Shown here: piece after piece, positions 55,724 through 64,000 of the stretch
Layout: each line of letters opens with the position of its first letter
Position numbering within the stretch: the stretch's first letter is position 1
DNA from: an uncultured Actinomyces sp.
GTDB lineage: Bacteria; Actinomycetota; Actinomycetes; Actinomycetales; Actinomycetaceae
DNA length: 64,000 bases
Reading direction: 5' to 3'
NCBI GenBank assembly: GCA_963531605.1
Contig: CAUSHZ010000003.1
Location: 3,824-67,823 of the forward strand
Program-made: the position numbers and the translations under genes
The notes under the pieces: generated by a model
What the model saw: the letters and a program-made list of their open reading frames with translations, nothing else
Databases searched by the model: none
Told to the model about the DNA's origin: nothing

Positions 55724-56023
55724 TCAGTCGTCGACTTCGATGAAGTCGTCGTCCTCATCATCCTCGTCGCCGTCTTCCTCATCGTCATCAGAATCGTCGA
55801 AATCGTCATCGTCATCCTCGGAGTCATCGAGAATATCGAACGGCAATTCCACGCCCAGCTGGGTGAAAAGAATGTCGTCGTAGGTGAAGAAGGCGTTGCG
55901 CAGTGCAAGCTCAGCTGCTTCGAGCGCGGCGTCGTCGGCCTCATCTCCATCGCGCGCGATGTCGAAGTGGTTTTCGAAAGCGTTAAGCAGGCGCGTCAGC
56001 GCGCGGCGGGCATCTCCAGTCAT
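55724..56023 (-). CDS. Conserved small actinobacterial protein with an Asp/Glu-rich tail
   Basis: Helical N-terminus (AFFTYDDIL...ELPF) plus about 30 acidic residues; -10 TAGAAT 7 nt upstream. Confidence 0.7.
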   Translation of the reverse strand: MTGDARRALTRLLNAFENHFDIARDGDEADDAALEAAELALRNAFFTYDDILFTQLGVELPFDILDDSEDDDDDFDDSDDDEEDGDEDDEDDDFIEVDD

Positions 56024-56056
56024 GACAGTCATTCTATCGTGAGACGGCGCACTTTA

Positions 56057-57154
56057 TCAGGGGAGGTTGAGCTGCGAACGGATAACGGACACCATCAGGT
56101 CCGTTCCCTTGATCTCAGCGGTCTGCTCCGCGCCGAGAATGCGGGTCTGGCCATCCGCGTCAAGCAGCTGCGACGCGCCCATGTTCGGACCGAGGGGCAG
56201 GATCACCCATTCCTTCGTCGGCTGGTAGATGGCGTCGGGCTTCTCCCCTTCGATCTGCGCGGTGATGTTCGCGATCACGACGCGGGCCTGCTGGCGCGCG
56301 GCATCGGCACGCTTCGATTCACGCACGTCGGTGAGGTCGCCGACAGCGTAGACGTTCGGGTGATCCACGACCTGCATGGTGCCATCGACGCGGATGGTGC
56401 CGTTCGGGTTCATGACAGACTCGTAGTCGCTGCCGATCAGGAAGCCGGTGTTGGCGCGGGCACCGTAGCACTGGAACCACAGGTCGGCCTCGATGACGTC
56501 ACCGTTCTTGGTTTCAACCATGAAGTGTCCGAGGTCGCCGACGTTCTGAGGGGGCAGGTAGGCCAGCTCCGAGCCGGTCACGACACGTACGCCGAGGGTG
56601 CTCAGCTGCTCGCTGATCTCTTTGCGCAGAGCATCGGTGTATCCGGGGGTGCCCAGGATCTGATCGGAGGCCTCGACGATCGTGATGTCCAAGCCCGGGA
56701 AGGCGTTGGCGAGCTCGCCGGTCAGCTCAATGCCGACGGTGCCACCGCCAACAATCATGACCGAGCGGGCGCTGCCGAGGTTCTCATGCAGCTGTTCAAG
56801 GCGCGCTTTGGCCACGGAGGAGCGGTAGGAGGAGTACTTCGCGGGGAACGGATAGGTCGATCCGGTCGCGAACACGACGTAGTCCGCCTCGATTGGGTCG
56901 TGGCCGAAGACGTGAACGGTCGTGCCATCAACACGCGAGACGGTACCGCGCACGACCTCGCCGCGGTGCAGCAGGTTCGTGTACGGCATGAAGATCGCAT
57001 GTTCCCACACGGTGTCGACCGCGGCACGCAGCGCGGCTGCGTGGTGGACGAACTGGTCCTTCTGTTCGATGAGAACAACGTCCGCGAGGGGGTCCAGCCC
57101 CTTTGCGACCGTGACGCCTCCGTAACCTCCGCCGATGACTGCGACGCGTGCCAT
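56057..57154 (-). CDS. FAD/NAD(P)H-dependent oxidoreductase (AIF/AMID-like)
   Basis: GGGYGG, ATG, GGGTVGIE, YAVGD. Confidence 0.85.
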   Translation of the reverse strand: MARVAVIGGGYGGVTVAKGLDPLADVVLIEQKDQFVHHAAALRAAVDTVWEHAIFMPYTNLLHRGEVVRGTVSRVDGTTVHVFGHDPIEADYVVFATGSTYPFPAKYSSYRSSVAKARLEQLHENLGSARSVMIVGGGTVGIELTGELANAFPGLDITIVEASDQILGTPGYTDALRKEISEQLSTLGVRVVTGSELAYLPPQNVGDLGHFMVETKNGDVIEADLWFQCYGARANTGFLIGSDYESVMNPNGTIRVDGTMQVVDHPNVYAVGDLTDVRESKRADAARQQARVVIANITAQIEGEKPDAIYQPTKEWVILPLGPNMGASQLLDADGQTRILGAEQTAEIKGTDLMVSVIRSQLNLP

Positions 57155-57225
57155 GTCTTTCCTCCTTATGAGTGGACCGCGTCTATTGTGTCACCTGGCG
57201 GGCACGAATGCGCGTGCTAGGGACC

Positions 57226-57738
57226 TTAGTCCGCGTCGTTAGTGTTCTCCCTTGTCTCCAGTCCGAGGCCTCGGGCGATATTGGGCGCGAAGAAGTTGGG
57301 ACCCTTGAGGACCTTTCCGTCATCGCGAAGCTTGACGGAGCCGTCGGGCATGAGCTTGGAAAGGTTCGAGGCCTGGACCTCAGCGAGCACAGAATCGAGG
57401 TCCATACCGGATTCAATCGCCATGCCATAGATGACATAGATGAGGTCGGCAAGGGCATCGGCGGCCTCGATGACGTCGCGCTCGCCATCGTCCGCTGCGA
57501 CTGCCTCGGCGGTGGCCGCCTCAATGATCGCGCGGGCGCGCGTGCCGTACACCGCTCCCACGAGTTCGGCGAACTCTTCGGCGATGAGGCTCATGCGCAA
57601 TCCGAGACGCTCGTAGGACAGCGTCGGATCGTCGAAAGATCGAATCGGCACAGAGTACGTGCGGTGGAACTCTTGGACGAGTTCCATCGGACTGGGAGCG
57701 CCCTGCGCGGACGAGGTGGGGGTGTTCTTCTCGCTCAT
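57226..57738 (-). CDS. MazG-like NTP pyrophosphohydrolase
   Basis: LIAEEFAEL, DALADLIYV, SNLSK, DGKVLKG. Confidence 0.85.
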   Translation of the reverse strand: MSEKNTPTSSAQGAPSPMELVQEFHRTYSVPIRSFDDPTLSYERLGLRMSLIAEEFAELVGAVYGTRARAIIEAATAEAVAADDGERDVIEAADALADLIYVIYGMAIESGMDLDSVLAEVQASNLSKLMPDGSVKLRDDGKVLKGPNFFAPNIARGLGLETRENTNDAD

Positions 57739-58418
57739 GCGTGATCCTTTCGAGACTGTTCCCAGGCCGTGGCCAGGATGTTCGTAAATGCGGTGATCGT
57801 TTGATGTCCGTCGACGAGGAACTGCGCGTCGAAGACGTACGTCGGGACGGCGGTGACACCCATGTGCATCGCTACCTGGAAGTCCGAATAGACGCGGGAG
57901 GCCCATTCCTCGTCGCCCACGGCGAGAGCAGCAAGCTCCGGTTCCATGCCGATGTCCTGTGCACACCCGATGAGGACCTCGGGGTGAGAGATGTCCAGGC
58001 CCATTTCGAAGTGCGCGCGCATGATGGCCTCGGCGACCTTCAACTGCAACGAGGAAGGACCTGCCACCGTGTCGGCATCAATATCCGCATCGTGCGCAGC
58101 CGCGATGACGCGGTGTGCGCGCGATGTCGGAGCGATGATGAGCTTATCGAAGTCGAAGCGGATTCCCTCGCGCGCACCGAGTGCCTGCATCCGTTCGTCA
58201 GATTCGCGCACTTCTTCGAGCGTCGCGGCACCGGATTCGACGAGGGCTACGACGCGGGGCTTGTCCACGGGGCCGTCAAGTTCCGGGTCGAGAAGGAAAG
58301 CGTGCAGGTAGACCTCGACCTCGTCACGATGCTCGAATTGTTCGAGGGCTGCGCGCAGGTGCCTCAGCCCGAGATAGCTCCACGGGTCGCAGGTGTCGAG
58401 CCACATGTCGATACGCAC
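57735..58418 (-). CDS. DsbA/FrnE-like thioredoxin-fold protein lacking CxxC
   Basis: MRIDMWLDTCDPWSYLG, FLLDP, GVTAVP, GHQ. Confidence 0.8.
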   Translation of the reverse strand: MRIDMWLDTCDPWSYLGLRHLRAALEQFEHRDEVEVYLHAFLLDPELDGPVDKPRVVALVESGAATLEEVRESDERMQALGAREGIRFDFDKLIIAPTSRAHRVIAAAHDADIDADTVAGPSSLQLKVAEAIMRAHFEMGLDISHPEVLIGCAQDIGMEPELAALAVGDEEWASRVYSDFQVAMHMGVTAVPTYVFDAQFLVDGHQTITAFTNILATAWEQSRKDHA

Positions 58419-58442
58419 GATGCCTCCTCACGGTTGATATGG

Positions 58443-58470
58443 AAAACCCCGGAGCCTTTCGGCTCCGGGG
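58443..58470 (-). terminator. Intrinsic terminator after tRNA-Leu
   Basis: CCCCGGAGCC-gaaa-GGCTCCGGGG followed by TTTT on the minus strand. Confidence 0.85.
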
Positions 58471-58477
58471 CATCTCG

Positions 58478-58564
58478 TGCGCGGAGGGGGACTTGAACCC
58501 CCACCCTCGTAAAATGAGGACTAGCACCTCAAGCTAGCGCGTCTGCCTATTCCGCCACCCGCGC
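58478..58564 (-). tRNA. tRNA-Leu (anticodon GAG)
   Basis: GCGCGGG/TCCGCGC acceptor stem, CTAGC-TTGAGGT-GCTAG anticodon arm, long variable arm, GTTCAAGTC T-loop; CCA not encoded. Confidence 0.96.
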
Positions 58565-58642
58565 AGGTGAGCGACGCGAACCGTTGCGATCCGCAAGCGA
58601 GTAGAAGCTTAACACGATGTCAGCGACATGCGCCAATCGAAA

Positions 58643-59131
58643 CTAGGAGTCTTTTTCGTCGCCGCGCAGACGCGAGTCGAGAGTCGAGAAAACCTTGACA
58701 ATAGAATCAATATCGGCTTCTGTCATGCCATCCAGGAGATACTCGCTGACGGTCTGCTGATGCAATTCTGTGGCAGCAAGCACAGTTTCGATTCCCTGGG
58801 TGGTGAGACACGCGTCGTAACCGCGGCGATCGACAGCGGACGGAATGCGCTCCACCCACCCGTCGCGCGACAGATTCGAGACGAGGTAAGTGACGCGCGA
58901 CGGAGAATAAACGACGCGGTCAGCCAGCTCGCCCATGCGTAGGCGATGGCCCGGCGCCTCCCAGAGGGCCAACAGGATGTTGTAGTCGGGCATGGAAACC
59001 CCGTAGGTGCGCTTGAGGCGCGTCTCGAGAATGCCCTGCAGGCGCCCGGACGCCTCGAAGAAGACACGCCATGCGGCAGCGCGCGCACTATTGGCCTGGA
59101 CGATCGGCGTCAGTCGTGCTCGTGATTCCAT
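58643..59131 (-). CDS. MarR-family transcriptional regulator
   Basis: RLRMGELA...SRVTYLV...DRRG; SD GAGGAGG. Confidence 0.9.
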   Translation of the reverse strand: MESRARLTPIVQANSARAAAWRVFFEASGRLQGILETRLKRTYGVSMPDYNILLALWEAPGHRLRMGELADRVVYSPSRVTYLVSNLSRDGWVERIPSAVDRRGYDACLTTQGIETVLAATELHQQTVSEYLLDGMTEADIDSIVKVFSTLDSRLRGDEKDS

Positions 59132-59219
59132 GTCTCCCTCCTCGTGGTCGTGTCGGATGCTTCTCTCGGGATAATAGGGCATAGTGACTAAGAAAGCACC
59201 AACAACGCGGGGGAGCCAC

Positions 59220-59897
59220 GTGTCTTTATCCATTTCTGTCGTCCTTTTTGACGTCGACGGAACGATTGTTGATTCCGCTCCTGCCGTCATGAGCGCATTT
59301 CGTGGAGCGCTGTCCGACTATGATTTGCCGATTCCCGACGATCAGCGGCTTCGCACGTATGTCGGCCCGCCGCTGTGGTACTCCTTCGGCGACCTGGGGT
59401 ACGAGGGTGAACTCTTGGCCAACCTCGTGAGCCGCTATCGCGAGCGATATCAAGCTCACTTTCTTGATCCCGAGCCATTCCCCGGGGTCATTGATCTGCT
59501 CCATGACCTTCACGATGCGGGTGTCCCGCTAGCGACTGCAACGTCGAAGCAGGCACCGATGGCTCAGGCTCAGATGTCACATCTCGGCCTGTCCAGTGTT
59601 TTTGATGTGATCGCAGGGGCGACCCCTGACCCTGCATCGAGCAAAGCAACCGTCATTCACGATGCCTTGACGCGCTTGGAGGAGCGCGGCGCTGATATCT
59701 CCTGTCCCGTCATCGTCGGCGACTCGATATGGGACGTTCACGGTGCCAAGGAGGCCGACATTCCAGTAATCGGCGTTGGATGGGGCTACGCAACCGACGA
59801 CGGCTTGGACGATGCGGATGCCGTGTGCGAGACGGTCGAAGACCTGCGCGCCTACCTCTTGGATGGCGTGGCGAAGCACGCGCGCAGCGCTCGTTAG
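59220..59897 (+). CDS. HAD-superfamily phosphatase
   Basis: FDVDGT, ATSK, K, VGDS..D. Confidence 0.9.
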   Translation: MSLSISVVLFDVDGTIVDSAPAVMSAFRGALSDYDLPIPDDQRLRTYVGPPLWYSFGDLGYEGELLANLVSRYRERYQAHFLDPEPFPGVIDLLHDLHDAGVPLATATSKQAPMAQAQMSHLGLSSVFDVIAGATPDPASSKATVIHDALTRLEERGADISCPVIVGDSIWDVHGAKEADIPVIGVGWGYATDDGLDDADAVCETVEDLRAYLLDGVAKHARSAR

Positions 59898-62800
59898 CGA
59901 AAGTCTCGGGAACGCACGTTGATGGGCAGGTCGACGGGAGTGATGCGGAAGGCTTGCACGTTAATCGCACCGTCGCCCCATTCGAGCGTCCCGCGAACGA
60001 GGAGTGCATTCGACTCCAGGCATACGCGTCGAAACTTCTTCCACGCGCCCACCGACACGGAGACATTGACGAAACCTGTCTCGTCTTCAAGCGAGAGGAA
60101 CGTGATTCCTCCGCCCGTGTGCGGGCGCTGTCGATGGGTGACGATTCCGGCGACGTCGACAATGCGTCCGGCCAGGTGCTGACCCAGCTCGCCGGCCCGG
60201 AGGGCGCTAGCGGGCAGCGATCCGCGCACGTAGCTGAAAGGGTGCTCCCCAGAGGTTAGCCCCGTCGTGGCGACATCCGATTGCATGCGTTCCGCCTCCG
60301 ATAGTGAGGGCAAGTCGGGCACGCGCGAGCCCACCTCCGTGCCTGGAAGAAACGGCTGCCATTGACCGCCCCGAGCCTGTGGCTGCGCGAGTGCTCCCGC
60401 GGCCCACGCCCCCTCTCGCCTGCCCACCCCTAGACACTCGAGGGCACCGGCCATCGCAAGCTTTTCCATCGCGGAGGCGCTCACGTGGGCTCGCCGTGCG
60501 AGGTCCGCCTGGCTCGCAAACGCTCCCTGGCACCTGGCTTCGACGATGCGCTCGGCGGCCGCGCCCAGGCCTCGTACCTGATTCAGGCCGATGCGCACCG
60601 CGAGGTCGGCATCAACGTCGAGGGGAACGGTGCCGCGCGAGGGCAAAGACTCCGGACGCCCCGGGCTGTAGGACTCCCCTGACTCGTCCTCGCTCACGCG
60701 TTGCACGCTCGCGTCGACGAGCGAATCGTTGACCGACGGACCGACCACGCGCACGCCGTGTCTGCGGGCGTCCTGCACGAGGGTCGCGGGAGAATAGAAG
60801 CCCATCGGCTGGGAGGCCAGGATCGCGGCATAAAAGTGCTCAGGGGCGTGCACTTTCAGCCAGGATGAGGCGTACACGATGTGGGCAAACGAAAATGAAT
60901 GAGACTCCGGGAATCCGAAGTCTGCAAAGCCCTTGAGCTGTTCGAAGATGCGCTCGCGCGTGGGCGCGTCGATCCCTCGCTCTTTCATGCCGGCCATCAG
61001 GTCCCCCTTCAGGGCCTCCATGCGCTCGGGGCTGCGCTTAGCCCCCATCGCGCGACGCAGCTGATCGGCATGCGCTCCCGACAAGCCCGCCGCGTCTGTC
61101 GCGATACGCATGAGCTGCTCCTGAAAGAGGGGGACGCCGAGCGTCTGGCGCAGAGCGGGCTCGAGAAGCGGATGCAGATAGGTGACCTCCTCGCGTCCCG
61201 AGCGTCGCCGCAGATAGGGATTGACTGAGCGCCCCTGGATCGGCCCCGGTCGGATCAGAGCGACCTCCACGACAATGTCGTAGAAGCAGCGCGGTTTGAG
61301 CCTGGGAAGTGTGTTCATTTGCGCGCGCGACTCCACCTGAAAGACGCCAACCGTGTCGGCCGCGCACAGCAGGTCGTAGACCCTCGGATCCTCCTCCGGC
61401 AGTGTGTGCAGCCCCAGGGGTTGCCCCTCGCGTCCCCGTACTACTCGAGGTGCCCAGCCGCGTAGCTGATTCGAGGCCTCCTCCGCACGTGCAAGGCCCG
61501 CCTGGAGCTCATCGAAAGCGACGCGCAACGCCGTCAGCATGCCGAGCGACAGTAGGTCAAACTTCACGAGGCCGGCGTCCGCGCAGTCTTCCTTATCCCA
61601 CTGGAGGACCGTGCGTCCCGGCATCGCGGCCCAGCCGACTGGGCAGATGCGTGACACCGGCTGATCGGTGAGCACCATGCCTCCCGAGTGAATCCCCATG
61701 TGCCGGGGAAGACGCGAAAGCGCGCGGGCCGCATCCCCAACGAGGGGCGGCACCTCTCCCCTGCCCTGGGACCAGGCTGTGGCCGTGCCGATCGGGTATC
61801 CGAGGGCACGCGCGACGTCTCGGATCGCCGAGCGCGGGCGGTACGTGATGACGTTCGCGACCTGGGCCGCGCGATCCCTCCCAAACGTGTCATAGACGTA
61901 CTGGATGACCTCTTCGCGGCGGCAGGCTTCGATGTCGACGTCGATATCCGGCGGTCCCGAGCGCGCATCGGATAAAAATCGCTCGAACAGCAGGTTGTGG
62001 CGTACCGCGTCCACCGCCGTGATTCCCAGGCAATAGCACACCGCCGAGTTGGCGGCGCTCCCCCTGCCCTGGCAGAGGATTCCGTTGCGGGCGCAAAAGT
62101 CGACGATTTCCTTGACGATCAGAAAGTAGCCCGCGAAGCCGAGTCGCTCGATGACCCCTAGCTCATGATCGATCGTCTCCCATGCCCGGGGGTGGTTCGC
62201 GCGTGATCCGTAACGCGCACTCGCACCCTCAAAGGTGCAGTGCGCAAGCCAGCTGTCCGGGGTATGCCCGTCGGGAACCTGGGTACGCGGCAGGCGTGGG
62301 GCGACCAGGCGCAGGTCGAAAGCGCACGAGGCCGCGACCTCGCACGCGTTGTCAAGAGCCTGCGGGTGCGCCCCATGCAGTCGCGCCATCTCGGCGGGCG
62401 ACCGCAAAAACGAACGGTGCGCGCCCAGATGAGCCTCCGCCTCGTCCAAGGAGGAGCCCAAGCGGGTCGCCGCGAGAATGTCGCCGAGCGCCTGCTTCGA
62501 GGGCGACGACATGCGCGCTCCACTCGTTGCCACCAGGCGAGTTCCGCTCGCGCGCACGAGCTCCGCGAGCACGTCCCCGACCTCGTCTTCGTCCCCGCGG
62601 GCCCCCTGCCATTCGACGAGCACATGGTCGCGGCCAAACGCGTCCACGAGTCCGTCCAGTACTCGGCGTGCGGACAGTGCGCCCCCCGCTCGCAGCGCGC
62701 GCATGAGCGGGCCCCGCCTGCCGCCGGTGAGGATGAGAAGGTCACCGCCGACCTCGCTCAGATTGACGAGGTCGTGGCGGGGTTTGCGCTGCCCGGGTTC

Positions 62801-63178
62801 GCTCAGCGCTCGCTCGCTCATGGCCCCCACGAGATTGGCGTAGCCGCTGGGGCTGGCTGCCAGGATGGGAAGACGCATCCCCGGATCTTCCGCCCCGGGA
62901 GCGAGTCCCCACCCCGGCGCAGACGAACCCGCAACGATGCCCCTCAGGGCATCCCACGCGAGCGTCAACTCAGCGCCGTACACGATCGGCAGGCCGGCCG
63001 CTCGGGCGGCCACGGTCGTCTGAACCGTCGAGTACATGCCATCAACGTCGAGAATTGCGAGGGCGTCGAGCCCGAGGCGCGCTGCCTCCTCCACCATGCG
63101 TGCGGGCTCGTCGGTCCCGTCGAGAAATGTGAAGGCGCTGTGTGCGTGCAGTTCTGCGTAGCGTCGTTCCATGGTCAC
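59894..63178 (-). CDS. dnaE2: Error-prone DNA polymerase DnaE2
   Basis: PHP (ELHAHS), GRGSAANS, PDIDVD, KFDLL, C-terminal SRDFR typical of DnaE2. Confidence 0.95.
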   Translation of the reverse strand: MTMERRYAELHAHSAFTFLDGTDEPARMVEEAARLGLDALAILDVDGMYSTVQTTVAARAAGLPIVYGAELTLAWDALRGIVAGSSAPGWGLAPGAEDPGMRLPILAASPSGYANLVGAMSERALSEPGQRKPRHDLVNLSEVGGDLLILTGGRRGPLMRALRAGGALSARRVLDGLVDAFGRDHVLVEWQGARGDEDEVGDVLAELVRASGTRLVATSGARMSSPSKQALGDILAATRLGSSLDEAEAHLGAHRSFLRSPAEMARLHGAHPQALDNACEVAASCAFDLRLVAPRLPRTQVPDGHTPDSWLAHCTFEGASARYGSRANHPRAWETIDHELGVIERLGFAGYFLIVKEIVDFCARNGILCQGRGSAANSAVCYCLGITAVDAVRHNLLFERFLSDARSGPPDIDVDIEACRREEVIQYVYDTFGRDRAAQVANVITYRPRSAIRDVARALGYPIGTATAWSQGRGEVPPLVGDAARALSRLPRHMGIHSGGMVLTDQPVSRICPVGWAAMPGRTVLQWDKEDCADAGLVKFDLLSLGMLTALRVAFDELQAGLARAEEASNQLRGWAPRVVRGREGQPLGLHTLPEEDPRVYDLLCAADTVGVFQVESRAQMNTLPRLKPRCFYDIVVEVALIRPGPIQGRSVNPYLRRRSGREEVTYLHPLLEPALRQTLGVPLFQEQLMRIATDAAGLSGAHADQLRRAMGAKRSPERMEALKGDLMAGMKERGIDAPTRERIFEQLKGFADFGFPESHSFSFAHIVYASSWLKVHAPEHFYAAILASQPMGFYSPATLVQDARRHGVRVVGPSVNDSLVDASVQRVSEDESGESYSPGRPESLPSRGTVPLDVDADLAVRIGLNQVRGLGAAAERIVEARCQGAFASQADLARRAHVSASAMEKLAMAGALECLGVGRREGAWAAGALAQPQARGGQWQPFLPGTEVGSRVPDLPSLSEAERMQSDVATTGLTSGEHPFSYVRGSLPASALRAGELGQHLAGRIVDVAGIVTHRQRPHTGGGITFLSLEDETGFVNVSVSVGAWKKFRRVCLESNALLVRGTLEWGDGAINVQAFRITPVDLPINVRSRDFR

Positions 63179-63184
63179 CTACCC

Positions 63185-63206
63185 ATTATATAGAACATAT
63201 GTTCGA
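63185..63206 (-). promoter_or_regulatory. LexA SOS box abutting the TATAAT -10 of dnaE2
   Basis: Minus strand TCGAACATATGTTCTA-TATAAT-N6-GTG; matches actinobacterial TCGAAC-N4-GTTCGA at 11 of 12 defined positions. Confidence 0.85.
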
Positions 63207-63292
63207 TGGCGATGGTATGCATGTTCGATCGCGCGTACAGATAGAACGAACGGCGCCCCTCCCCCGATAGGCACAAGCCCTATGCTGGGAGC

Positions 63293-64000
63293 ATGAAATC
63301 CATGCTCGCAGCGTCGCTTCACTCCCCCGGTGCCCTGGTGCTCGAGAAACGCCCCATCCCAGCACTTCGCCCGCGCGACGTTCTCCTGGCCGTCGAAGCA
63401 ACAACGCTGTGCGGAACGGACCTGCGCATCGCGACGGGACAAAAGACGAACGGCGTCGCCCCGGGCGTAGTCCTCGGGCACGAAATCGCAGCACGCGTGT
63501 GGCGCATCGGAAGCGACCTCACCGCGGGAGTCGACGTCCCCGCCCCGGGCACGCAGGTCGGACTCGCACCGGAGATTGCCTGCGGGCGCTGCGTTCCCTG
63601 CACGAGCGGGCGCGCCAACGTGTGCGCGAATATGCGCCTGTTTGGAACGGGAGTCGACGGAGGCCTCGCGGACCTCATTGTCGTCCCTGAAGAAGCCCTC
63701 GCGTGCATCACCCCCGTCGCTCGCGACATCGCCCCGCCTCACCTCGCGCTCGCGGAGCCGCTGTCCTGCTGCCTGCGCGCAACGTCGCGCCTGACCATCG
63801 ACGCCGGATCCCGCGTTCTCGTTACGGGTACGGGCCCGATCGGGCTCATCCACTGCGCGCTCGCGGTGTCCGCCGGCGCACGCGTCATGGCGTGCGGACG
63901 ACAGGCACGCCTCGAACCCGCGCGGGCAATGGGAGCTGAGGTGACGACCGCCGCCCAGGGCGAGGAGCTTGTGCGTGAGGTCCTTGCTTGGACTGATGGC
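63293..64000 (+). CDS. Zn-dependent alcohol/polyol dehydrogenase (partial, runs off window)
   Basis: Manual translation: MKSMLAASLH...CGTD...GHE...CGRCVPC...C...EPLSC...GTGPIG; absent from the ORF track because no stop occurs in the window. Confidence 0.9.
   Translation, partial: MKSMLAASLHSPGALVLEKRPIPALRPRDVLLAVEATTLCGTDLRIATGQKTNGVAPGVVLGHEIAARVWRIGSDLTAGVDVPAPGTQVGLAPEIACGRCVPCTSGRANVCANMRLFGTGVDGGLADLIVVPEEALACITPVARDIAPPHLALAEPLSCCLRATSRLTIDAGSRVLVTGTGPIGLIHCALAVSAGARVMACGRQARLEPARAMGAEVTTAAQGEELVREVLAWTDG

Noticed and set aside
55740..55830. TCGTCA-like tandem repeats as a repeat array
   Set aside because: Explained by the Asp/Glu codons of the acidic protein tail.
58478..58564. tRNA-Leu as an integration site
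   Set aside because: No integrase and no duplicated tRNA 3' end noticed; its terminator follows directly.

Overview
This is a high-GC actinobacterial chromosome segment; gene content and style suggest Actinomycetaceae (Schaalia/Actinomyces-like), which is an inference. It is almost all core genome, with no transposase, integrase, prophage or CRISPR array recognised. Left to right: a DUF421 gene with a premature stop, a PH-domain protein, tag, der, an orphan murE, pepN-DUF881-sbp-DUF881-FHA(GarA-like)-MerR-MerR, an Hsp70-like protein, PAP2, and a candidate Xer dif site at 14318-14345. Then come rbpA, ppm1-lnt-helY-pafC-pafB, an FMN-riboswitch-controlled RibXY-like transporter, rpe-rsmB-fmt-priA-VKOR-metK-coaBC-rpoZ-gmk-mIHF, and the pyr operon with a PyrR element. 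A His/Cys-rich DUF2249 gene behind a double CsoR-like operator precedes nusB-efp-aro genes and a pupylation locus without proteasome genes (trmI-arc-dop-pup-pafA-FKBP). The right end holds a RecB-like nuclease, several apparently degenerate enzymes, tRNA-Leu(GAG), a LexA-boxed stand-alone dnaE2 and a partial Zn alcohol dehydrogenase. The most notable signals are the probable replication-terminus dif site, the putative metal-responsive DUF2249 unit, proteasome-less pupylation with a split paf locus, apparent pseudoenzymes and widespread leaderless promoter architecture. No clearly novel multi-gene system is evident.
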